63,373 nucleotides of DNA from Candidatus Peregrinibacteria bacterium (lineage in GTDB: Bacteria; Patescibacteriota; Gracilibacteria; CAIRYL01): NCBI GenBank assembly GCA_016220175.1, contig JACRHZ010000075.1, positions 1 through 63,373 on the forward strand, written 5' to 3'. The position numbers were made by a program, and so were the translations under genes. The number at the start of each line of letters is the position of its first letter. Positions within the stretch are counted from its first letter, which is position 1. Shown here in pieces: positions 30,739 through 40,805 of this stretch. The notes under the pieces are model-generated. The model was not told the DNA's origin, made no database searches, and worked only from the letters and a program-made list of their open reading frames with translations.

Positions 30739-30969
30739 TTTTGATATAGAAGGCTCCCTCGGAAAACGTTTCAGAGCAATCGAGACGATTGCTCCAGCAC
30801 AAGATTTTTCTATTTTGATATTCGGTCTAAATCTTCTTCGATAATTTTTATCAATGCCGGGGTATCGTCAACCAATGTGGCAGTATCGGAGCTTGAATTC
30901 TTTCCCCAAAGAGTCACCCGTCCTCGGGTGACCTCGAGTCGCCCCAGGAGGGGCGACTCTTAGGAAAAC

Positions 30970-31029
30970 GAGAGGTGTTCCTTACCAAATACGGCAACTT
31001 TCTTTATCTTGATTTTGATATAGAAGGCT
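30970..31029 (+). mobile_element. Remnant right end of a second, related IS110 copy
   Basis: Near-identical to 30696-30755, ending at the same AGAAGGCT core and followed by a similar target half (CTCTC vs CCCTC). Confidence 0.85.
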
Positions 31030-31138
31030 CTCTCGAAAGGACCAAAACTCAGGAAAGGTCATGCGTGGATGCATGCCCCCCACGAAATATTACTAATAAA
31101 TTTTTCTTAAAAAAAGCCAGAAGAATTAACATAAAATT

Positions 31139-31165
31139 CTAGCACTCAGAATAAAGAAGTGCTAA
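31139..31165 (+). promoter_or_regulatory. CIRCE-like operator (HrcA site)
   Basis: CTAGCACTC-N9-AAGTGCTAA vs consensus TTAGCACTC-N9-GAGTGCTAA (one mismatch per arm). Confidence 0.65.
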
Positions 31166-31167
31166 TA

Positions 31168-31466
31168 TCACCGAGTCCTTCTCTGCTAAGATGAAGGAGC
31201 CGATGGTGAGAAAATGGCGACATGAAGAATATAAGCCATAATCACCAAAGGGCGCCACCGACGCGCGTCGGTGGTCGGAACCTTATAAGGGTACGACGTA
31301 AGTCGTGGTCAGATAGGGGATCCAAACTCGGGAAAGAGTTCCGAGCGGGAGAAATCCCAACCAATCGGAATCTTAGCCACGCAAGTGGCTGAGGATTCCA
31401 AAAGAACTCAGAACCGAGAGAGTCAGGCTCTTAAAAAAAGAGCTTGACTCACCGAGTCCTTTTTTT
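31168..31466 (+). ncRNA. Putative RT-associated structured ncRNA
   Basis: At least 7 stems, several capped by GNRA tetraloops, a perfect 20-nt palindrome, 13-nt terminal direct repeats and a 3' U-tract; GC-rich within an AT-rich context. Confidence 0.75.
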
Positions 31467-31483
31467 GTTATCTCTTTAATCAC

Positions 31484-32734
31484 ATGCCAATATCTCTCCA
31501 AAACTTGAGCAAAATAAGGTCACTCGAAACGGCTTGGGGGTTAGTAAAAAGTAGAAAATCTATTGAAAGTCGGAAGAACTCACGAGGAATTGATAAGGTC
31601 AGTTTAGAAGATTTCGAAAAAAATTTATCAGAAAACCTTAACTTAATCAGCAATAAATTAAGAAATAACTCTTATGAACCAGATTCAGTTAAAATAGTTC
31701 CACAAAAAAAAGAAAATGGTAAATATCGATTCATAGCTGTACCTACAATAAGAGATAGAATAGTACAAAGAGCAATGTTGGAGTTATTTATGCCATATAT
31801 AAAAAATATTATACAAACTGGGGTGAGTTATTGTGGTGTGAAAAATGATGAAAATGAAGCTATGTGTACTAAAAAAGCTGTTAAAAAAATTATAGATCAC
31901 ATTAAAAATGGTCTCTTTTGGTTTTTTAAGTCAGATATAGAGGGCTTTTTTGATAATATACCTAAGAAATCGATTCTTAAAAAAATTCAAAATAAAATTC
32001 CATTAAGCGAAGAGGTTTTTAAGCTGACAAAAAAATACATTCATTATCAAGTTGGCAACCCTGAGGTATTCCAAAAACACAGGCTAAAAATACCTGACGA
32101 TATATTAGGAATAACACAAGGATCGGCTCTTTCACCAGTCTTTGCTAATTTATATTTAGCCGATTTTGACAGAAAAGTAAAAAAAGTTTTTGGAGACAGA
32201 TTTATTAGATATGTGGATGACTTTGTCGTTATATGTAAAGATCAAAAAGAGGCAAAAGAAGCATTGAATTTTTTAAAAGATGAGATAAAAAAAATAGACC
32301 TCAGTTTGCCAAACGAAAACAAGAAAGATTCAAAAACAAGGACTGGAAACCTGCGAGCTTCAAATAAAATTGATTTTTTAGGCTTAGCCATTGATCGTAA
32401 TAGGATTTGTCCAAAAGGCGGAATTAAAGAGTTGAGATTTAAAATACAAAATAAGTTGAAACTAAAAAAGAAAAATGGGGAAGAATATAAATCTGTAAAA
32501 CGCAATGGAAAAGAATATAGTGTTCGTGAGCAAATCGAAGAAAAAATCATGGGATGGGCAAAGCATTACAGTTTCTACCATGTAAAAGAACTATATGAGT
32601 CTTTAGATATCTTCATAAGAGAAAGAGCGAAAAACACAAAACTTTTGAAAGGAATGATTGGATTAGGAACAATAAAATTGTCACCTATCATCTCTGAAGG
32701 CGATTGGCAAAAAATGTTCTCAACAAAACATTAG
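31484..32734 (+). CDS. Stand-alone group II intron-like reverse transcriptase
   Basis: RT0 (AW..V, GIDKVSLEDF), PTIRDRIVQRA, DIEGFFD, QGSALSP, YVDD, FLG, thumb GWAKHY; no En domain. Confidence 0.95.
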   Translation: MPISLQNLSKIRSLETAWGLVKSRKSIESRKNSRGIDKVSLEDFEKNLSENLNLISNKLRNNSYEPDSVKIVPQKKENGKYRFIAVPTIRDRIVQRAMLELFMPYIKNIIQTGVSYCGVKNDENEAMCTKKAVKKIIDHIKNGLFWFFKSDIEGFFDNIPKKSILKKIQNKIPLSEEVFKLTKKYIHYQVGNPEVFQKHRLKIPDDILGITQGSALSPVFANLYLADFDRKVKKVFGDRFIRYVDDFVVICKDQKEAKEALNFLKDEIKKIDLSLPNENKKDSKTRTGNLRASNKIDFLGLAIDRNRICPKGGIKELRFKIQNKLKLKKKNGEEYKSVKRNGKEYSVREQIEEKIMGWAKHYSFYHVKELYESLDIFIRERAKNTKLLKGMIGLGTIKLSPIISEGDWQKMFSTKH

Positions 32735-32748
32735 CAAATTATTTCCTG

Positions 32749-33981
<1,233 letters not shown>

Positions 33982-33985
<4 letters not shown>

Positions 33986-35712
33986 ATTTTTATCCATTTA
34001 AGAATTTTTTTCTCCACCTCATCAATTCCGACTTCTTCCGTTTTTTCCGAACTTCGTTCTTTCCATTCCACAGAATTTTTTTCCAGAGTTCGTGGAGAAA
34101 TCACAATTCTCAGCGGAATTCCAATCAAATCTGCGTCAGCGAATTTTTTTCCCGGACTTTCTTCTCGATCATCCACCAGCACTTCGATTCCTTTTTTCTC
34201 CAGCGCTTTTTCGAGGTCTTCTGCTTTCTTCAGAGAAGTTTCGAATTCTCCCGTTTTTCCAATGGGAACAATGATGACGTGGTATGGCGCAATACTTTTT
34301 GGCCAGAGAATTCCTTTCTCATCGTGAAACGCTTCCACCGCTGTTCCCATAAGTCTCGTCACGCCGATGCCATAACATCCCATCAAAACTTGCTTCAATT
34401 TTCCATCTTTGTCCGTGAATTTAAAATCAAATGCATCAGAATATTTTGTTTCGAGATCAAAAATATTTCCGACTTCTACACATTTTTCCGCTTTCAAAAC
34501 ATGTCCACTTTTTACTGAAGTAAAGCCTTCTTTGACCAACGCGAAATCGGCGAAATCTTCAAAATTACAGTCTCGTTCGACATTTGCATTGAAATAATCG
34601 TGATTCATTGTGTTTGCTCCGGTACAAAAATCTCTCATCTTTTTCACCGAATGATCGGCATAGAATTTAATTTTTGAATTTTTTATTGGTGAAATAAATC
34701 CTTCCGCGAGTCCTTTTGCCGCAAGTTCTTCTGAAGTTGCTGGACGAAATTCTTCGGTTTGGAAATACGAGGAAACTTTGTGCATATTGATTTCCAAATC
34801 TCCACGAACAGAAACCCCGACCATTTCTGATTCTTTTTCTCCTTTTTTTCGAATGAGGAGAATAAGTGTTTTTAGAATTTCCCATTCGTGAATTTTGTAC
34901 TGTTCAGCAGTTTTCGAAATACTTTTTGGTCGAGGAATTTCTTTTTCTTCGAGCGGCAATTCCTTTTCTTTCCACTTTTCTAAAAGTTCTTTTGGCTCCG
35001 GAGCATTTCCCACCGCAATTTCAGAATTTTGCGGATGAAGAAGTTTTCCCTTCTCTTCCTCAAAAATAACGGTGTCTTCTCCCGCCGGAGTAATCGTCAC
35101 GAATTCGTGCGAAACTTTTTTCGTGAAAATTCCTCCGGAAGCTTCGATCGCATACGCCGTGAGTCCGCACCTTGCAAAAACTTTCAAATACGCGTCATAC
35201 ATTTTTTGATAATACTGATCGAGATCTTCTTGCGCCCTATGAAACGAATACGCATCTTTCATAAGAAATTCTCTTCCACGAAGAATTCCTGATTTCGCTC
35301 GCGGTTCATTTCGGAATTTTGTCTGAATTTGATACAAAGACATCGGCAAATCTTTCCAAGATTTAATATATTCTTTTGCAATTGGCGTCACCATTTCTTC
35401 ATGACTAAACCCGAGAATCGTTCGATCTGTTGGTCTGTACGCAATGTCAAGTTTGTCGCGTCCGGTTTTTTCCCAGTTTTCAAGCGGAGTAATCGCGGTC
35501 ATTCCGATTTCGACAGAATCGATCGCATTCATTTCTTCTCGAATAATTTGTTCAATTTTTCTCACGACACGTTTTCCGAGTGGAAGAAGGGAATACACTC
35601 CCGCAAGTTCTTTTTTCATAAAATTTCCCTGAGTGAGGAGCTTTGCGTTGATAGAATCAGCGTCGGAAGGAGCTTCTTTAGTTGTGCGAATGGCGGCTTT
35701 TGTAAATTTCAT
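33982..35712 (-). CDS. proS: Proline-tRNA ligase (with editing domain)
   Basis: KFRNEPR, REFLMKDAYSF, MGCYGIGVTR motifs. Confidence 0.97.
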
Positions 35713-35890
35713 ATGGAAATGGATGAGGATAAAATTATTCGGAGGAATTGGATGTGTTAATTTCGAATTTTAAATTTTAAAATTTCTAAATAAATTCTAA
35801 TTTTTAAATCTTAATTTCCAAACATTAAAAATTAGACATTAAGATTTATTTAAAAATTTCAAAATTTCAAAATTAAAAATTCTCCAAAAA

Positions 35891-36301
35891 TCATATCATA
35901 ACAAGAAGAAACGTAACTCCCACTCCCAAAAATATTCCCGTCATCATTTCCACAAATGTGTGCCCAAGGCGTTCTTCGAGTTTTTTCTCTCCGATGAGAT
36001 AATTGAGAACTTTCGCATGTTTCCCCGCTTCCCATCTCAGTTTTATCGCATCGTAGAGGACAATTACAGAAAATACACTTGAGAGGGCGAATTCAATAGA
36101 TGAAATTCCATATACAAGAAATATTGTCATAGTCAGGCTTGAAACCAGTGTTGCGTGTGCAGAAGGCATTCCGCCAGACCTCGCAAAATCACTCCAGTGA
36201 ATTTTTTTTTCTTTCCAAAAACAAATCAGAAGTTTCAATATTTCCGCAGAAAGAAGAGCTATAAATGGGGTAACCACCGGAAATTTGAGAAAAATATTCA
36301 T
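35891..36301 (-). CDS. Divergent PAP2 family protein (DUF212)
   Basis: SGGMPSAH, YDA..R..AG.HA, LGHT motifs. Confidence 0.9.
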   Translation of the reverse strand: MNIFLKFPVVTPFIALLSAEILKLLICFWKEKKIHWSDFARSGGMPSAHATLVSSLTMTIFLVYGISSIEFALSSVFSVIVLYDAIKLRWEAGKHAKVLNYLIGEKKLEERLGHTFVEMMTGIFLGVGVTFLLVMI

Positions 36302-36438
36302 GAGTTCCCAAGAAAGGAAGCGGGAATATGATGCTATTTTTTCAGAAAAATGGCTCCCTCACAAGTTCTTCCCGAAAATACATTTGTTTCTGGCAAAAAA
36401 TAGTGGCAGACTACCTCTGTATTTTTCTTGCATACGCT

Positions 36439-37182
36439 ATGACAGAACACATTGGAATGGGCGATCTTGGTGATACGTCGCTCTTTTCGGGGAGAAGAAT
36501 TTCAAAAGAAAGCCAGTGCATTGAGGCTGTGGGGAATACTGATGAACTGAATGGAGTCCTCGGGATGATTTTGACCATGGATCTCCAGCCTGAATCGCGT
36601 GAAATTTTGGAAACGATATCACATATGACTTTCGACATAGGAGCTGAAATTTGCGCAGAAGGGAAATTCATGGCAGAAAATGTTTCTTCGAGTGAGGTTA
36701 TCAAAATGACCGAATGGATTCTCTTTTTGGATGAAAAACTTCCAGAACTTCGAGAATTTATGCTCCCGAGTGGAGCTCAAGCAGCCATTTGGCTCAATTA
36801 TGCTCGAGCAGTAACGAGGAGGCTTGAAAGGAGCCTTGTCCCGCTCTTAAGGACGCAGTATATCCGTGCTGAACTTTTTGCCTTTGTAAACCGACTCTCT
36901 CGGCTTCTTTTCTCATTGGAAAGATGGGAGAATTTCCGAAAATCTGGAGAAGAAACGAAATGGAAAAAGGGAAGAAAACTCCCAGAAATTCCGTTTAAAA
37001 ATTCTGTAATCACAAAGAACATCGATGTCGGAACTGATGAGACTCTGAATAGCAAAGTACATAAAAAATATGAGAGCGACAGAACAACAGAAAAAGGAAA
37101 TTTGGTTGCGGACCAATTTGATGCGGATATTCCTGTTCAAGAGGAAGAAGTTCCAGATGTTCAAAGTTCAATTTTTTCATAA
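36439..37182 (+). CDS. PduO-type cob(I)alamin adenosyltransferase-like protein
   Basis: GDLGDTSL, GNTDELN, ARAVTRRLER, NRLS; acidic C-terminal extension. Confidence 0.88.
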   Translation: MTEHIGMGDLGDTSLFSGRRISKESQCIEAVGNTDELNGVLGMILTMDLQPESREILETISHMTFDIGAEICAEGKFMAENVSSSEVIKMTEWILFLDEKLPELREFMLPSGAQAAIWLNYARAVTRRLERSLVPLLRTQYIRAELFAFVNRLSRLLFSLERWENFRKSGEETKWKKGRKLPEIPFKNSVITKNIDVGTDETLNSKVHKKYESDRTTEKGNLVADQFDADIPVQEEEVPDVQSSIFS

Positions 37183-37997
37183 TGTTCATGTCTCCATCTC
37201 TTGGATTCATTGGTGCCGGAAACATGGGATCAGCACTGATTTCCGCGTTTTTAACGTCCGAAAATATCTTGCGAGCAAATCTCAAAATATGCGACCGCAG
37301 CTCTGGAAAACTCGAATATTTTCGAAAAATGGGAATACAAGTTTCGGAAGATCCAAATGTCGTCATCCGTGGATCTGATATCATATTTCTTGCCATCAAA
37401 CCACAAGATGTTCAAACATTTTTTGGTTCTGTTCGAGATTCTCTAAGAAAAAACGTACTTTTAGTATCAATAGCTGCTGGGATTTCAATTCATTTTCTTC
37501 AGAAGATCAGCGATATTTCAAAAGTAATTCGAGTGATGCCAAATACTCCAGCACTCGTAAAAATGGCGGTAGCGGGAATGTTCCCGTCGAAAGAAGTAGA
37601 AAAGAAAGAATATGAATATGTGAAAAATCTTTTCCACACATGTGGCGTTACAATCGACTGTACATCTGAAGAGCAAATTGATGCCATTACGGCTCTTTCA
37701 GGAAGTGGTCCAGCATATTTTTTCCGAATTCTCGAAATTTTTTCTCAAAAAGCACAAAAATTTGGATTTTCTGAATCAGACGCGAAAAACATCGCACTCG
37801 GAACTTTGCGAGGAACAGGAGAACTCGCGCAACAATCCGAAGATTTTTTTCAAACTCTTCGGGAAAAAGTCACATCCAAAGGCGGAACAACGGAGGCAGC
37901 ACTAAAAAAATTTGAAGAACTCAGACTCGAAAATGTCCTAAATGCAGGAATTCAGGCGGCGTATGAAAGGGCGAGGGAAATCAGCAATAAGCAGTAG
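37182..37997 (+). CDS. proC: Pyrroline-5-carboxylate reductase
   Basis: GAGNMG, RVMPNTP, GSGPAY, SKGGTT motifs. Confidence 0.96.
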   Translation: MFMSPSLGFIGAGNMGSALISAFLTSENILRANLKICDRSSGKLEYFRKMGIQVSEDPNVVIRGSDIIFLAIKPQDVQTFFGSVRDSLRKNVLLVSIAAGISIHFLQKISDISKVIRVMPNTPALVKMAVAGMFPSKEVEKKEYEYVKNLFHTCGVTIDCTSEEQIDAITALSGSGPAYFFRILEIFSQKAQKFGFSESDAKNIALGTLRGTGELAQQSEDFFQTLREKVTSKGGTTEAALKKFEELRLENVLNAGIQAAYERAREISNKQ

Positions 37998-38063
37998 GCA
38001 GTAAGCAATAAGTTCGAATTGAATAACTTATCGCCTATTGCTTATTGCTTACTGCTTGCCGAG

Positions 38064-39188
38064 CTATTCTTCCTTAAAATAATGAATGTAATCCTCTTGC
38101 CTGATGATTCCATCTTCCGCGAGTTGTTCTGCATATTTCTCCATTCGAATCATTCCGAGTGAAGCTCCAGATTGGATTGCATTCGGCATCTGCGCAACAT
38201 CTCCTTGACGAATAAGATTTCGAATAGCGGCATTTACCACCATGAATTCGTAAATTGCAACTCGTCCTGGACGATCTGCCCTCGGTACAAGTCTCTGAGA
38301 AATAACTCCGATGAGCGTATCCGCAAGACGTGAATATATTTGCATCTGTTGTTCTGGCGGGAACGCACTTGCGATTCTCGAAATTGTTTGAGGAGCGCTT
38401 GACGTGTGGAGTGTAGAAAATACGAGATGTCCTGTTTCAGAAAGGTTCATCGCCGCCATAATTGTTTCTGGATCACGCATTTCTCCGATCATAACGACAT
38501 CTGGATCCTGACGAAGAGCTCCACGAAGAGCATTTGCGAATGAAAGAGTGTCAGAACCGATTTCACGTTGAGAGATAATCGACTTGTCAGGCGTAAATAC
38601 GAACTCGATAGGATCTTCAATTGTCAAAATATGTTCGACACGATGTTTATTAATATGATCGAGCATTGACTGCATGGATGTTGATTTTCCTGATCCCGTT
38701 GGTCCGGTGACCAGAATGAGTCCCTGTTTTGCGCGAATGAGATTATATACGGCGTGAGGAAGTCCAATTTCATCAATAGACCATGCTGCTGACGAAATTC
38801 TCCTCATTACGCCTGAAAGATTTTTTCGTTTATAAAAAAGATTCACACGGAATGCGGTTCCATCTTTATGTTCGTATGCAAAATCAAGTTCCCGAGTACG
38901 AATCAATGTTTCTTTCATCGATTCTGTAGGAATCATGCCGTAAATAATACGCTCTGATTGCTCTCTTGTAAGTGGTGGAACATTATCCACAAAACAAATT
39001 TGTCCGTTAATACGAATGGCGATACGAGCATTTGCCCCAAAGTGAATGTCGGACGCTTCTTGATCGATGACGAGGTCCAGTAGGTCATCAAGAGAGACTT
39101 CATCTCCAATATTTTCAAGTTTCACCTCATGATCGGGCTCTTGGACTTCTTCTTCATCCTGTTCTTGCATGAGTTCTTCATTGATCAT
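38064..39188 (-). CDS. pilT: Type IV pilus retraction ATPase
   Basis: GPTGSGKST, TIEDPIE, LRQDPD, GEMRD, STLHT motifs. Confidence 0.93.
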   Translation of the reverse strand: MINEELMQEQDEEEVQEPDHEVKLENIGDEVSLDDLLDLVIDQEASDIHFGANARIAIRINGQICFVDNVPPLTREQSERIIYGMIPTESMKETLIRTRELDFAYEHKDGTAFRVNLFYKRKNLSGVMRRISSAAWSIDEIGLPHAVYNLIRAKQGLILVTGPTGSGKSTSMQSMLDHINKHRVEHILTIEDPIEFVFTPDKSIISQREIGSDTLSFANALRGALRQDPDVVMIGEMRDPETIMAAMNLSETGHLVFSTLHTSSAPQTISRIASAFPPEQQMQIYSRLADTLIGVISQRLVPRADRPGRVAIYEFMVVNAAIRNLIRQGDVAQMPNAIQSGASLGMIRMEKYAEQLAEDGIIRQEDYIHYFKEE

Positions 39189-39219
39189 ATGTGTGTGTAT
39201 TTAAAATAAGAACTTCGGA

Positions 39220-40104
39220 TTATTGTATCATTTTTTGAGGTAAAAAACAAGGATTCAGGGCGAGAATTCCTAGAGAAATGGGGCTCTTCATCTTAGGGAA
39301 AATCGAGAGTTTCGCATGAGGGAAATGTTTGAGAACGATTTTTTTGATTTTTAATTTTTGTTTTTGAGAAAATTCAAAAATACACATATCGCACGGAAAC
39401 TTTTGAAGTTCTTGAAAAAATCTTCGATACAAAGAAAGTCCATCATTCCCGCTGAGTAAAGCTATTTTTGGGTCATATTTTTTTACTTCGACGGGAAGAA
39501 TATCACGCTTCGGTATGTAGGGAAGATTCGCAAGGACAAGAACCGGACATGGAGTATTTTTCGGAAGGCGAATATTTTTCAAAAGATTTGATTTTTTAAA
39601 AATAATATAAGAAGCGTGAAGTAGTCGAGCATTTTTTCGGGCTATTTTTAGCGCTTTTTCCGAAATATCAATGGCATACATCTGATGACATGCGGGAAGA
39701 TATTTTCTGAGCGAAATCGCAATACATCCGCTGCCCGTGCCAATGTCGAGAATGGTCGACTTTTCAAAATTCTTCAGAATTTCTAATGCTTTCTCTACGA
39801 GGATTTCGGTTTCCGGACGCGGAGTTAAGACGTGTTCATCGACATAAAACTCAAGTCCGAAAAATTCTTTTCGATGGAGAAGATGAGAAATGGGAGTTCC
39901 AAAAGTTCGTTTCTTAAGAAGAACAGAGTATTTCTTGAGATTTTTTTGAGAAAGAGAAGTGTTTCCATGTGCAAAAAGGTACGTGCGGGAAACACTCAGA
40001 ATATCGGCAAGAAGCACTTCCGCATCCAAATTCGGAGTATCATCTTTTTGGAGATATTTCTTCAGGCTTTTTTTTGCCATCTGTAAGGCTTCAGTAATGG
40101 TCAC
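39220..40104 (-). CDS. prmC: Release factor glutamine methyltransferase
   Basis: PRPETE, DIGTGSGCI, NLPY motifs; start codon uncertain. Confidence 0.93.
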   Translation of the reverse strand: MTITEALQMAKKSLKKYLQKDDTPNLDAEVLLADILSVSRTYLFAHGNTSLSQKNLKKYSVLLKKRTFGTPISHLLHRKEFFGLEFYVDEHVLTPRPETEILVEKALEILKNFEKSTILDIGTGSGCIAISLRKYLPACHQMYAIDISEKALKIARKNARLLHASYIIFKKSNLLKNIRLPKNTPCPVLVLANLPYIPKRDILPVEVKKYDPKIALLSGNDGLSLYRRFFQELQKFPCDMCIFEFSQKQKLKIKKIVLKHFPHAKLSIFPKMKSPISLGILALNPCFLPQKMIQ

Positions 40105-40202
40105 ATTCAGAGAATAATTTCTAAAATTCAAAATTCTGTTTTGTGCTTTGTGTTTTGTACTTTGTACTTCTATAATATTTCCATCTTTCCGCTTGGAATC
40201 CA

Positions 40203-40721
40203 ATGAAAAAACGAGCACTCTACATCGGCAGATTTCAACCGATTCACCTTGGACATGTCGATGCAATCCAGCAAATACTTAAGCATCCAGATCATTTTGA
40301 CGAAATTATCATCGCTATCGGCAGCGCTGAAGACAGTTTTCTTCTGGAAAATCCGCTCACAGCTTCAGAACGATTTGAACTCATTCTCGGAGTCCTTGAA
40401 GAAATGAAGATTCCTCGAGAAAAAGTATGGATTCTTCCTGTTCGAAATATTGACAATTATGCCCTTTGGCCAGCGCACGTTATCCATCTCTGTCCTGAAT
40501 TTAATGCTGTTTTTTCAGGGTCTCCAATTGTGAGAAAGTTATTTCATGATTTCACTGAGAAAAAGGTATATGAAATAAATACAAAACGAGTGTGTATTTC
40601 CGCCACAGAAATTCGGAAAAAGGTAAAAAAAGGGGAAGATGTGTCATCATTTCTTCCAAAATCAGTGCAGGAATATTTGCAGAAATTGGATTTTCGGAAA
40701 AGGTTGCAGGAAATTGAATAA
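40203..40721 (+). CDS. Nicotinamide-nucleotide adenylyltransferase (archaeal/NadM type)
   Basis: GRFQPIHLGH, NPLTASER, SATEIR motifs. Confidence 0.9.
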   Translation: MKKRALYIGRFQPIHLGHVDAIQQILKHPDHFDEIIIAIGSAEDSFLLENPLTASERFELILGVLEEMKIPREKVWILPVRNIDNYALWPAHVIHLCPEFNAVFSGSPIVRKLFHDFTEKKVYEINTKRVCISATEIRKKVKKGEDVSSFLPKSVQEYLQKLDFRKRLQEIE

Positions 40722-40805
40722 AAATTTTCTGTCGTCGGACCCCGTCAACACTTTCGATCGCCTGTTTTTCTCTCTATTGTGAAGAAATTCAAGTCTTCTC
40801 TTTTT

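Larger units (their letters stand above)
29577..30755 (+). mobile_element. Complete IS110-family element with CT core at both ends
   Basis: Removing the element restores the hairpin GGAGCAACTC-AAAA-GAGTTGCTCC; joining its ends creates TTGATT-17-TATATT. Confidence 0.9.

Noticed and set aside
31168..31448. DRT2-style hidden 'neo' ORF from concatenating the whole repeat-bounded unit
   Set aside because: The period is 281 nt (not a multiple of 3) and several stop codons occur on both strands; a shorter internal template is not excluded.
31484..32734. DGR, CRISPR-associated RT or classic retron
   Set aside because: No TR/VR pair, avd, cas genes or repeat-spacer array in the window; no retron VTG/NAxxH motifs, and RT0 is present.
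31030..32748. Intact group II intron around the RT
   Set aside because: No domain V (AGC/CGC triad hairpin) or domain VI after the ORF, and no clear GUGYG 5' end; tgt ends 14 nt downstream. The TGGCGACATG similarity to class C introns is too short to count.
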